A stretch of DNA of 64,000 nucleotides from the IMG/VR virus record IMGVR_UViG_3300045988_182965. One strand, written 5' to 3'. Shown piece after piece: positions 27,753 through 37,511 of the stretch; within the stretch, counting starts at the first letter, position 1; the number at the start of each line of letters is the position of its first letter. This stretch comes from a virus. Below the pieces are notes generated by a model. It searched no databases. It worked only from the letters and a program-made list of their open reading frames with translations, and was not told the origin of the DNA. The translations under genes were made by a program, and so were the position numbers.

Positions 27753-29280
27753 ATTCTTCGATTTTCTTTTTTAGCCATTGTCTGCGGACAAACGGCATGA
27801 CATAAGTCTCATCGCTTTTCAGCTCATAGCCATAGCTTTCAGCAATCAGGATAGCCCGTTCACTGGCTTTCTGCCCGGCAGGCAGGCGGCGAATAAAACC
27901 ATTGATGTTCTTGGACGAAGCATCATACTTGGACTTGTCGAACACTCGCAGCGGCTCATCGTCTTCGTTGTCTTTCTTGCGATAATCGCGGGGCTTGCCG
28001 CCAATCATCAGGCAGTGAATGCCAAATGGAGCATCTGCATGAGTTGCAAACGAATTTTTGAACGACGCATCGGTGGGCAGAACATCCGGCAAATCACAGA
28101 CAAGGGAGGTGTAGAGCCAGAGAATCAGATTCGTTATGCTGTCTACCAGTTCCGGGAATTGAGCCCGGTCCATCAAGGTATAAAACCACTCGGCGTTTGT
28201 ATTATAGTATCCAGCAAGGTCGCCGAACTTGGTCTTAACTTTGTACAGACACACAATCTCGTTGTCGCGGCAAGTTTCTTTCAGCTTAATTTCCTGTATC
28301 AGCTGGCAGGCATCAAACTGAAGCAATGCACCGTTGGCGGGAAGAGTTCTGCGGCGATGGTGCAGCGTATCTTTCAGAAACTCTGTCGTATATTTGGGTG
28401 AGATGGGCTTTGGCCACCAAGACCACATGTTGGGAGTGTTCTTAATCAGCGGCTTGTCCGGCAGCATATCCACGGTATACTCGTTCACATAGGTAGCCAT
28501 CGAAAGGACTGTGTTCGTATATAAGTGCGTGAGCAAGGCAAGGTCGTTGATGCTGTCAAAATCTGCAATATTCCCATAGCCGTAACGGTTGTAGTAAGAA
28601 ATAACCGTATCCAGACGTTTCTCTTCGGGTATTCGAGAATCACATTTGTCGTATGGCCGATTGTTGAGCAGAGCTTCACTATAATATACTGGAGCATCAG
28701 CGAGTGGATAAGGGTCCCGAATAACGATGGGCTCGTTGTCTGTTGAAATACCTACAATGTTATTTACAATATCGAATTCCTGAGGCTTGAGATATTCGGC
28801 CCCCTGCATCAGCATATCGATTGCCGCGTACAGAACAGACTCGTTGCTTTCCGTGGACCCATCAATGGTCAAGCCTGAATGAACGCATTCCTGCAAATAG
28901 GCGATTGCCTTAAAATACAGAGCATAGTCTTTGTTCATTTTAATGGGTTTTGTGAATCCCTGCAGGAACTGATGGTATCTTTTGATGAATTTATCCGAAT
29001 TCGCCATTGCAAGCTCTATCTGTGAACCGATTGCTTCAATGATAGGTTCGCATTCCTCAGCTTCACGAGCCAAGTGAAAAAGGAAAGTGGATGCTTTCCC
29101 AAAATCTGCATCATGCAGCGTCACCACAACCTGGCAAGCGCTGGACAGGGTTCTTCTCTGAAATACCCAGATAGACTCTCCTTTGCTTCGATATTTCTTA
29201 TCCCAAATAGGGACATATTTGTCCACCAAGATGTTGCCGAAATCTTCTTGCACTTCAATAATATTGTTTTCGCTCTGCAC
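27751..29280 (-). CDS. Hypothetical 509-aa protein, second gene of a two-gene operon with the HD protein
   Basis: Long ORF with good composition. 11-nt gap to the upstream HD gene. Confidence 0.5.
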   Translation of the reverse strand: MQSENNIIEVQEDFGNILVDKYVPIWDKKYRSKGESIWVFQRRTLSSACQVVVTLHDADFGKASTFLFHLAREAEECEPIIEAIGSQIELAMANSDKFIKRYHQFLQGFTKPIKMNKDYALYFKAIAYLQECVHSGLTIDGSTESNESVLYAAIDMLMQGAEYLKPQEFDIVNNIVGISTDNEPIVIRDPYPLADAPVYYSEALLNNRPYDKCDSRIPEEKRLDTVISYYNRYGYGNIADFDSINDLALLTHLYTNTVLSMATYVNEYTVDMLPDKPLIKNTPNMWSWWPKPISPKYTTEFLKDTLHHRRRTLPANGALLQFDACQLIQEIKLKETCRDNEIVCLYKVKTKFGDLAGYYNTNAEWFYTLMDRAQFPELVDSITNLILWLYTSLVCDLPDVLPTDASFKNSFATHADAPFGIHCLMIGGKPRDYRKKDNEDDEPLRVFDKSKYDASSKNINGFIRRLPAGQKASERAILIAESYGYELKSDETYVMPFVRRQWLKKKIEE

Positions 29281-29290
29281 AATATTCTCC

Positions 29291-30688
29291 TTACAACTTT
29301 AACTGCCCCACGCAACTCTGCGCGGTAGGCAACAATTTGTGTGTCATCTCATTTCTGAAATACTTAGGGTCTACGGCTCGCATCCCGAACCGCACACGGT
29401 CCAGGGCATCTGCATCTTTAAGTATCGTGTACAGCAGCCACACCCGTTCTTTGTCTCGGATGTTGGATGCTTTGAGGTCTGCAAGAGCTTTGCGGTCGTC
29501 TAAGCAATGATATTCGATGAGGAAAGCAGTTGCCGAATTGCATTCGGGAGCAGCATCATAATAAATGTCCTTGGATTTCGCCCCGTGACTGTCATCAACG
29601 TCATCGTTTGTCCGCCCAATATCATGATAAAGAATCGCGTCACATAGCTGGTGGGATTCTTTTTTCGTTAAGTCAATGCCCTGAACCTGAACCAAAAGCA
29701 GCGCATCAAAGAGAACTCGCAGCGTGTGCTCGGCATCGTGCTCCTCATCATCAGCCCGGCCATAATCATCGTACAGCGCGGAGATGCGGCTGCGGTAGCG
29801 CTGGTAGAGAGGGTAGAACGCCTGAATTTCATCTGTCAGAGCGTTAATGCCGTATAGTGTATCGACCTTTCTATCTTTTACGGCAGTCGGTGGGACAAGG
29901 ACCTCTTTTTCTTCATCATTCGGAAAATACTCGATGATGTCACATTTGCTGACATGGGCAGTGATGATTCTGCTGTTCTCGAGACTCGGAATGCGGCAGG
30001 CAAAGAAACAGGCTGCCTTGTAGCTTGTGGTCCAGGAGAAAGATTTCTCGTATGGAGTTGACTTGCTCCCTTCCCCGCGATAGATGGTCACAACATCCGG
30101 CAGGCTGGACAGCTTCTTTTCAGTATCTTGCTTTTGCTTTTGAGATTTTCCAGCAAAGACCTTTTGCAGGTCATTCTCACTGAGGGAAGAAAAGCCAAAA
30201 TCACTGGTGCAATAGAAATCCAGAAAAAGCGCATATAGATTCTCATCAGGACTGGACAGCTCAATGTATTTAGAAAGAACCGACACACGAAGGCTGTCTT
30301 CCAGGGAAAAGAGGTAGCTGCGGATAAAGGGGGCATTTCCCGCTGAAATGTTTTCAGCTGTGTCTAAAACTCTCTGCTGGAATTTCTCGTCCGATTCGCC
30401 GTTCACGGCCAGACGCTTGTCCCCATAAATGTTTAGAGAAAGAACGATGGGAATGGCCGGGTTATCGAGTTCGCAGTAATAGAGCGGGGCCAACATATTG
30501 CGAGCGGCATAAATCCTGCTGATGGGCAGTCTCGGATACTTCTTAGCAAATTCGTTAGCCGTTATGCCGACACTGTAGCCTTCTTTGTAGTACCGTTCAA
30601 TATCTGTGCTTGTTTTCGCTGCTGTGAGGGGAAGCATTGTATCGAGATTTGCCTGATTTGTCTGTATCAGAATGTCTCCGATTGTCAT
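29291..30688 (-). CDS. Protein with a C-terminal HD phosphohydrolase domain and an uncharacterised N-terminal domain
   Basis: HTLRV...ILYHDIGR...LKDADALDR motifs (H..HD...D). Confidence 0.55.
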   Translation of the reverse strand: MTIGDILIQTNQANLDTMLPLTAAKTSTDIERYYKEGYSVGITANEFAKKYPRLPISRIYAARNMLAPLYYCELDNPAIPIVLSLNIYGDKRLAVNGESDEKFQQRVLDTAENISAGNAPFIRSYLFSLEDSLRVSVLSKYIELSSPDENLYALFLDFYCTSDFGFSSLSENDLQKVFAGKSQKQKQDTEKKLSSLPDVVTIYRGEGSKSTPYEKSFSWTTSYKAACFFACRIPSLENSRIITAHVSKCDIIEYFPNDEEKEVLVPPTAVKDRKVDTLYGINALTDEIQAFYPLYQRYRSRISALYDDYGRADDEEHDAEHTLRVLFDALLLVQVQGIDLTKKESHQLCDAILYHDIGRTNDDVDDSHGAKSKDIYYDAAPECNSATAFLIEYHCLDDRKALADLKASNIRDKERVWLLYTILKDADALDRVRFGMRAVDPKYFRNEMTHKLLPTAQSCVGQLKL

Positions 30689-30913
30689 AGCTTTTTCCCC
30701 TTCTGCAAATTCATTCCAATAGCATTATACCATATTTCACAGGTTTGCAGGGCTTAATCGCAATTATATTCACAATTACTTAACTTGTTTCAGGTGCATC
30801 TCATTTTGCGCTGGGAGGTGTTCTACCGCACCTTTTTGAAACGAGTGAAAGAAAACATGCTCGAAAAGTCAAACTCAAAATATCTGGGGTTCAGCGAATT
30901 TGCTCTTGCGCCG

Positions 30914-31100
30914 TTGTGCGAATCCCGTACAATAAGAATTGTACAAGAGAAACGGCAAGAGACATTTGTAGTGATTGTAGTTGGTCGCCACGAATCGATG
31001 CCGTGTCTGCTTGCGCATAATTACCTCTTTTCGAAGCCCACAGGTCATTCTCTCACCTGTGGGTTTTGTTTATTGCGGAATCGTGCGAATCGTGGACAAT
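30914..31100 (+). promoter_or_regulatory. Two tandem copies of the element promoter motif upstream of the flotillin gene
   Basis: TTGTGCGAATCCCGTACAAT at 30914-30933 and TCGTGCGAATCGTGGACAAT at 31081-31100. Confidence 0.5.
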
Positions 31101-31193
31101 TAAAGATAAAGTAATTTTGGGATGGGGCGATACCGATGCAGTAGGGATGAGAATCTTAGCAGCTAAAAGATTGAATGTGGAGAAATAAAAATT

Positions 31194-32837
31194 ATGGTAT
31201 ACGTGATTGGAATTGTAGCAGCCCTGATTATTCTCTTTGGATTTCTCTGCTACAAGAAAGCTCCGCCCACGGAGGCTATCGTTGTAACTGGCTTTGGCCT
31301 GTCTAAGCCTAAAGTGGTTTGCGGAAAGGGTACATTTGTTCTGCCCGTTCTTCAACGGGCTGACCGACTGAATATGCGCCTTTTGAAAATCGATGTCAAG
31401 ACTCCTGAAACAGGTGTTAAGACCAAAAACGGTGTTAGTCTCTGGATTGACTCTGTTGTCACGATTCAGGTGTACAGTGAGAACTCTACTGTTCTGGATG
31501 AAGAAGTAAAAGCATCCGGTCTGAAAGACGCCAAGGCGTACATTATGTCCCGCCAGCAGGCAGCCATCTCGAACTTTCTCGGTATGAACGAGCAGGGCAT
31601 CAATGACAAAGTTAATGACGTTTTGCAAGGCAACCTGCGTGAGATTGTCTCTGACATGACCGTTGACCAGATTCTGACGAATCGCAAGCAGATGGCGCTG
31701 AGCGTCATTGAGAATGCTCGCCCGGACCTCGCAAAGATGGGTCTTGAGGTCGTGACCTTCAATGTGCAGGACATCCGCGATGCTATTGACGGGCAAGGTC
31801 ATAACCACGGTGTTATCGAAGCTATCGGCATTGAGCAGGAAGAGCTCGTGAAGAAACAGGCCGAGATTGCCCGTGCGCAGGCAGCCCGCGACGTGGCTTG
31901 CGCGAAGGCCGATGCTGAGATGGCTGCAAATGCCAAGGAAGTTGAAGCGCAGACTGCGATTGCAAAACGCAACAATGAATTGCAGCTCGCCAAGGCAAAG
32001 CTGAAAGCTGAAGCTGATAAAGCTGCGGCTGACGCAGATGCTGCCGGTCAGATTCAGATGAATCTCCGCGCCAAAGAAATCAAAGAAGCGGAAGCGGATG
32101 CTGAAATCGCCAAGCAGAAGAAAATGGTAGACCTTGCCGCACAGGAAGCCGAGGTCCAGCAACGCAAACTGGATGCGGAAGTCCGCAAACAGGCAGATGC
32201 TGACCTGTACCGCCGCCAGAAAGAGGCAGAAGCCAAGAAGTACGAGGCGGAGCGTTCCGCCGAAGCGCAGAAGTTTGCCAAGCAGCAGGAAGCTGAAGGT
32301 ATTGAACTTGTAGGTAAAGCGGAAGCTGAAGCCATTCGCCAGAAAGGTCTGGCTGAGGCAGAGGCTATGAAACAGAAAGCTGAAGCCTACAAACAGTACA
32401 ATGACGCAGCTGTTGCCGAAATGCTTATCAAGGTTCTGCCTGACATCGCCAAGAGTGTGGCGCAGCCGCTGTCCAGCATCGATAAGGTGTCTATCATTGG
32501 CGGTGATGCCTCCGGCGTGTCTGGCGTTTCCGGGAATGTTCCTATCCTCATGGCTCAAACCATGCAGACGGTGAAAGAAGCGACCGGCATTGACATGGGC
32601 GAAATTGTCCGTGCCAACAGCATCCAGGCAAAGACTGACCGCAACATCAACATTATGACTCAAGGCGAACTGCCTGAGAATAGCCAAAAGGAAGGAGGCG
32701 ACAAAGCAATGGAACGCGTAGAAGGCGGCTATCTGATTCATGAGAAGACTCTCAACGGTGAGGAAGTCACTCATTTTCGGCCGGATGTGACCGAAGAGGA
32801 GAAAGCTATCATGAAAGACAAAAAGGCCAAAGATTAA
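31194..32837 (+). CDS. Flotillin / SPFH (band 7) family protein
   Basis: N-terminal TM segment, SPFH domain, and a long Ala/Glu-rich coiled coil (AEAEA repeats). Confidence 0.75.
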   Translation: MVYVIGIVAALIILFGFLCYKKAPPTEAIVVTGFGLSKPKVVCGKGTFVLPVLQRADRLNMRLLKIDVKTPETGVKTKNGVSLWIDSVVTIQVYSENSTVLDEEVKASGLKDAKAYIMSRQQAAISNFLGMNEQGINDKVNDVLQGNLREIVSDMTVDQILTNRKQMALSVIENARPDLAKMGLEVVTFNVQDIRDAIDGQGHNHGVIEAIGIEQEELVKKQAEIARAQAARDVACAKADAEMAANAKEVEAQTAIAKRNNELQLAKAKLKAEADKAAADADAAGQIQMNLRAKEIKEAEADAEIAKQKKMVDLAAQEAEVQQRKLDAEVRKQADADLYRRQKEAEAKKYEAERSAEAQKFAKQQEAEGIELVGKAEAEAIRQKGLAEAEAMKQKAEAYKQYNDAAVAEMLIKVLPDIAKSVAQPLSSIDKVSIIGGDASGVSGVSGNVPILMAQTMQTVKEATGIDMGEIVRANSIQAKTDRNINIMTQGELPENSQKEGGDKAMERVEGGYLIHEKTLNGEEVTHFRPDVTEEEKAIMKDKKAKD

Positions 32838-33048
32838 AGACAACAAATAAAAAGAGGGTGACTCGAAAGAGCCATCCTTTTTTCTGTCGTGACGCAAACG
32901 AAAAGTTCATAGTTCATGGTAGCCATCCAATTTGGGTGACTGTCTTTTTTGCATGTTAAGGCTTTGTTGCTAAATTGTGCGAATTGAAGATAATTAGAAA
33001 CAAAAGATGCTTTGTATCAAATCGATTGAAACCGAAGAGGTGAAGTTA

Positions 33049-33852
33049 ATGCTCGGCGTGAGTTTGATTATCATAGCAGCGGCTATAGTCTACATGGTCG
33101 AAACCTATATCAGCACCTATTACACTATCGAATACATGCATGGAACATCACTATTCCTTGTCCTCCTCGCAAAATATGGCACTCTGGTTTTATTCCTGCT
33201 GCTCTGTGCCTACATTGTATATCGCAAAATACTCAAAAAGCAGAAAGCTGCTGCCCCTGCTGTACCAGAGCAGCCCACAAGCAAAGAAGAGCTGTATACC
33301 AACAAAATTCAAACGGCAGTAAAGACAAAAAGCGTCTTCTCAGAGCAGGCTGACCAAATGCTGTATCAGGTACGGCGCTTCGGGCAAAAAATGGCCGTTG
33401 CCTACAGCATGACCCAGGACAGCAAGACATCCGGGGAACAAGCCAAGTGCCTAACGTTATTGGAATCCGCAGAACGTATCTTCTATGACCGACTGGATGA
33501 CGCGATTCGCTCGGCTTCAATGTTTGATGAAACGGAATACAAGGCTTTCTGTCAAGGCTCCATCTCATTTGGAAACAAAGAAGAAGCGCAGAAAAAGAAA
33601 GAAATCTACAATGGTATCGTAAGTACCGTGGATAAGGTAGTTCATGACAATGAGCGCTTAATCCTCCGATTGGATTCTTTAGCATACGCTCTGAACCAAC
33701 GTTCTGCCCAGAATCCGTGGGATACAGAGGTTGTGCTCGCAATGTCAAAGCTCGATGCTGTCATTAACAAGACGTCGCAGGATATTGAACAGGATGAAGA
33801 TATCAGTCGTGAGGCTATGAAACGATATAACAACTTGAAAGGAGAAATTTAA
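33049..33852 (+). CDS. Membrane-anchored coiled-coil protein
   Basis: Two N-terminal TM helices. Motif promoter at 32975-32994. Confidence 0.45.
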   Translation: MLGVSLIIIAAAIVYMVETYISTYYTIEYMHGTSLFLVLLAKYGTLVLFLLLCAYIVYRKILKKQKAAAPAVPEQPTSKEELYTNKIQTAVKTKSVFSEQADQMLYQVRRFGQKMAVAYSMTQDSKTSGEQAKCLTLLESAERIFYDRLDDAIRSASMFDETEYKAFCQGSISFGNKEEAQKKKEIYNGIVSTVDKVVHDNERLILRLDSLAYALNQRSAQNPWDTEVVLAMSKLDAVINKTSQDIEQDEDISREAMKRYNNLKGEI

Positions 33853-33853
33853 C

Positions 33854-35548
33854 GTGACAAAAAAGAACATTTTCCCTGTAGTTGCAACCATTGCTGTGGT
33901 AGGCGTTGTTCTCGGAGTATTTTCGATGACGGTGATGAGGGACTCAAACGTCAGCATTAGTACAATGACGTCCGAGCAGGCATATGCCAACTTGAGCAGC
34001 AAGATGAAGCGCATCGGCGTGCAGGAGGTCGAGGTCAATCCTCAGCAGCTGGATGTCTCTGAATTCCTTGATGCAAAGGATGAACTGCCCGACATTGAAT
34101 CCTCCTACCCATTCGTGGTCGTAGGAAACGGAGATGTGAACATCGAAATTTTTTCCTCTGGCGAGAAAGCAGCAGAGTCCGGCTCAGATTCTTTCCTGAC
34201 CGAAATGGCAAAGAAGTTCAACAGCCAGCAAAACCGAACTTCCAATGATAAGACGATGAGTGTGTCCCTGCGTTCGATTCCATCTGGCACAGCAGCGGAA
34301 TATATCTCTACGGGCAAATACCAGCCTGATTGCTATACACCTTCCAATACTCTTTTTGGTGAACTTGTGAAGAACGAAGGCGTGGACTTGACCGTAGAAA
34401 CGCCGCGCCTTGCCGGTAACGTGGCCGGTATCCTTGTCTCGAAGAAAACTGCCGATATGCTTCGTTCCGATTATGGCGAAGCGTCCGTGAATACAGTACT
34501 GAATGCTACTGTTGACGGAAAGTTAATGATGGGCTACTCCAACCCCTATACCAGCGCAACGGGCCTTAACTTCCTGCTTGCTGCCTTGGCGAGCAGCGGA
34601 AGCGATAATATCGTGGATACCGCTGCGGTCGAGAATTTCCAGAAATTCCAGGCAAATGTTCCGCTGGTCTCTTTCACGACGCAGCAGATGGTTCAGTCGG
34701 CGGATAAGGGTGTAGTCGATGGTCTTGTGATGGAATATCAGTCCTACCAGAACGACCCGACGCTGCAGCGCAACTATGAATTTATTCCGTTTGGTGTGCG
34801 GCATGATAATCCGCTCTATTCTGTCGGCAACATCTCAGCAGAAAAGAAAGAAGTCATCGCGGCATTTATTGCCTTGTGCGAGCAAAATAAGAACATTGCC
34901 ACGAAAAACGGCTTTAACGGGATGGATGACTATACTTATACCGGGAAAGAATACAACGGCAACATCATTGCTCAGGCACAAAGTATCTGGAAAGAAGAGA
35001 AAGATTCCGGCATCCCTATCGTTGCAGAATTTGTTGTGGACACTTCTGGGTCAATGCGCGGAGAACCTCTCAATGCGCTAAAGACGGCAATGATTAACAC
35101 AATCCAGTACATCAACGACGACAACTATATCGGTATCATTGGCTTCGATTCGGATGTTCGTGAATACCTGCCCATCGACAAGTTTTCACTGAGCCAAAAG
35201 ACGCTGTACAAGGGCGCTGTCAACTCTCTGGATGCAAACGGCAGTACTGCTATGTATGACGGCTTGTGTGTTGCAATGGACCGCATTTACAAAAAATCAC
35301 AAGAGCTTGGCGGCAACTGTACTCCCATCATCTTTGTTTTGACTGATGGCGAGAGCAACACAGGTAACGACTATCTGGGAACAAGGAACATCATCGCCGG
35401 AATGAGCATTCCGATTTATACCATTAGCTACAATTATGCTGCCGATAGCTTGTCAGAGCTCGCTTCCATCAATGAAGCAGCTTCCATTGTCGGAAACAGC
35501 GAGGATATCACCTACAAGCTCCGCAACCTGTTTAACGCAGAGATGTAA
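33854..35548 (+). CDS. Secreted or membrane protein with a C-terminal von Willebrand factor A domain
   Basis: VVDTSGSMRGEP (MIDAS DxSxS), then FVLTDGESNTG. GTG start 2 nt after the upstream stop. Confidence 0.65.
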   Translation: MTKKNIFPVVATIAVVGVVLGVFSMTVMRDSNVSISTMTSEQAYANLSSKMKRIGVQEVEVNPQQLDVSEFLDAKDELPDIESSYPFVVVGNGDVNIEIFSSGEKAAESGSDSFLTEMAKKFNSQQNRTSNDKTMSVSLRSIPSGTAAEYISTGKYQPDCYTPSNTLFGELVKNEGVDLTVETPRLAGNVAGILVSKKTADMLRSDYGEASVNTVLNATVDGKLMMGYSNPYTSATGLNFLLAALASSGSDNIVDTAAVENFQKFQANVPLVSFTTQQMVQSADKGVVDGLVMEYQSYQNDPTLQRNYEFIPFGVRHDNPLYSVGNISAEKKEVIAAFIALCEQNKNIATKNGFNGMDDYTYTGKEYNGNIIAQAQSIWKEEKDSGIPIVAEFVVDTSGSMRGEPLNALKTAMINTIQYINDDNYIGIIGFDSDVREYLPIDKFSLSQKTLYKGAVNSLDANGSTAMYDGLCVAMDRIYKKSQELGGNCTPIIFVLTDGESNTGNDYLGTRNIIAGMSIPIYTISYNYAADSLSELASINEAASIVGNSEDITYKLRNLFNAEM

Positions 35549-35667
35549 CTCAAAAGCGCGGTTTTGTCCGCGCAGCTGCTCCAAAAGACAGCCTCCACGC
35601 GGCGAGCAGCGGGCAACGGGAGACAGCCCCGGCAAATTGTCTTTGAGACGGAAGGAGAAAGTGCCCT

Positions 35668-36057
35668 ATGCGAGTACAACAGGTTCCGAACTCACCCTAT
35701 TTCATCCATTACGACGATGAGGGCTTTTGCTGTATATCCAAAAGCAGAGAAAGCCAAGAACCTATCCCGGAATCTGAGATGCAAGCGTTCCTTGATGCAG
35801 TAGCCAATGGCCTGCTTTATATCGAAAAGGAACGAAAGAGCAGATACCAGCGCATCGACGAGGCCGAAAAAGCAGCTTTTGCCAAAGGCGAAGCGAAAGG
35901 TAGGGAGGATGAGCTCCTTTCCATGGTTAGAGAACTGAAAGAAGTACAAGCGTCAAGAGCAGAGTATGAGCGCAAGCTGCAATATGAAGTATATGCTCAT
36001 CATACTTCACACACCACGAAAACCGAGTGGGTTCGCCTTGGTCGTGGAGGATGGTGA
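35668..36057 (+). CDS. hypothetical protein
   Basis: 129-aa ORF. Confidence 0.35.
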   Translation: MRVQQVPNSPYFIHYDDEGFCCISKSRESQEPIPESEMQAFLDAVANGLLYIEKERKSRYQRIDEAEKAAFAKGEAKGREDELLSMVRELKEVQASRAEYERKLQYEVYAHHTSHTTKTEWVRLGRGGW

Positions 36058-36062
36058 TTGAC

Positions 36063-36323
36063 ATGATGGGAAGCATTCCGATTCCGAATACCAGACTTTA
36101 TCTGACCAGCATCGACGGCAAAAAATGGTCAGTGACAGAATATTATAGAACAGCACCGTTTAATCCCAACAAGGAGACCTACGACTTGTACAAGGCGTTT
36201 GCGGAAGCATTCCGAAAAAACGAAATAGAAGAACAGGAGTTTCCGGAAGAACTCAAAAAGGCCGTGAACAAGGCTTACGGAAACGGCTTATATGCCGGGC
36301 GGCATAGTGTTGATTTTGGCTGA
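36063..36323 (+). CDS. hypothetical small protein
   Basis: ORF starting MMGSIPIP. Confidence 0.35.
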   Translation: MMGSIPIPNTRLYLTSIDGKKWSVTEYYRTAPFNPNKETYDLYKAFAEAFRKNEIEEQEFPEELKKAVNKAYGNGLYAGRHSVDFG

Positions 36324-36369
36324 GCCGAACAAGAAAAGAAGAACGGCACAGGAAAGCGGCAGAACGAAT

Positions 36370-36612
36370 ATGAGCATAGCAAAAATCGAAACGGCATCCG
36401 GCGTAACGCTGGTTCTCAACGGCAAAACAGTTTTCACCTCAGATGATACCTCATACTGGATGCAGGGGTCTAAAAGCATCGACGAAAACGGTCGGATTTG
36501 TGGGAACGCCGAGACTATTCGAGATGCCCTGTGCATAGTCTTGGCAAAGTACGGCGGGCTAAAAGGCAAAAATATAAAACATACAAAACCGAAAAAGGTG
36601 GTGAAAACATGA
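36370..36612 (+). CDS. Small protein family B member 1
   Basis: Shares the ...G..I.Y.C.S.DEA...V..LYGG motif with the next two ORFs and with 54739-54948. Confidence 0.5.
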   Translation: MSIAKIETASGVTLVLNGKTVFTSDDTSYWMQGSKSIDENGRICGNAETIRDALCIVLAKYGGLKGKNIKHTKPKKVVKT

Positions 36613-36800
36613 TAGTATACACAAAATCCGGTGTGACGGTGAATTGCTACGGCAATATTATGACGGCATCGGACGGCAAGACCTACAACCTCTGCGGCAG
36701 GATGTTGACCTGCAGCGGCAAGGTCATTAGCTACAACTGTCAGTCGAAAGACGAAGCACTGGGTACGGTCGTGGGACTGTACGGCGGTCGAAGGTTCTAG
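36609..36800 (+). CDS. Small protein family B member 2
   Basis: VISYNCQSKDEALGTVVGLYGG. Confidence 0.5.
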   Translation: MIVYTKSGVTVNCYGNIMTASDGKTYNLCGRMLTCSGKVISYNCQSKDEALGTVVGLYGGRRF

Positions 36801-36810
36801 GAGGTACAAT

Positions 36811-37020
36811 ATGCAAACGGTCATGACAAACAGAGACGTAGAGCTACGTGTGGAAAATAGCATCATTTACACAACCGATTCGAAGGCGTTTTGGCGCAGT
36901 GGGAATATGCTGGTCGGAAACGGCACGGTCATCAGCTACCAGTGCCGGTCGATGGATGAGGCGGTCGATATGGTCGCCGCCTTGTACAATGGCAGAAAAA
37001 CAGAAGCAGCGCAAGCATAA
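36811..37020 (+). CDS. Small protein family B member 3
   Basis: VISYQCRSMDEAVDMVAALYNG. Confidence 0.5.
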   Translation: MQTVMTNRDVELRVENSIIYTTDSKAFWRSGNMLVGNGTVISYQCRSMDEAVDMVAALYNGRKTEAAQA

Positions 37021-37148
37021 CCATCCTGCAAAAATATATGCCGTTCATCTTTTTGGGTGGACGGCTTTTTGTTTTGTGAATACAGCGATTCAGTGGCGAA
37101 GCGAGCCGATTTTACCAGCAGTTTGATACTCTGTGGGCAGTTGCACAG

Positions 37149-37168
37149 CCGTGCAAATTGCATACAAT
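37149..37168 (+). promoter_or_regulatory. Element promoter motif CCGTGCAAATTGCATACAAT
   Basis: Consensus match upstream of 37512. Confidence 0.45.
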
Positions 37169-37511
37169 GGGAATTGGAAAACAAAAAGAGCGATGCAAGG
37201 CTGTATTTACAAAAAATCCTGTGAGCGTTTTTTAGTATTCATTAAACGACACGAAATTCAACAAAACGCGAAGAGAATACAAGAAAAGGTGAATGAAATC
37301 CGGCTGAGGCGGATAAAACTTGCGCTGAGTGGCTTGAAGTCCGGACAATGGGACAGCTAAAGTGGTAGAATGAAACTAGGAATACCTAAAATCAGATTTA
37401 ACCGAAAAAACAAAAACCATGAATGAATAATTGGTTGCTAAAAAGTAACCGCTCGCTTTTATACCCAAACCAACAAATGACCCAAATCTGTTTAGGAAGG
37501 ATAGGTACAAA

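Noticed and set aside
30785-31114. 109-aa plus-strand ORF upstream of the flotillin gene
   Set aside because: Overlaps the two tandem promoter motifs. No RBS and poor composition. Most likely non-coding leader.
31053-32897. 614-aa minus-strand ORF
   Set aside because: Antisense shadow of the flotillin gene. H/F/C/R-rich, non-protein-like composition.
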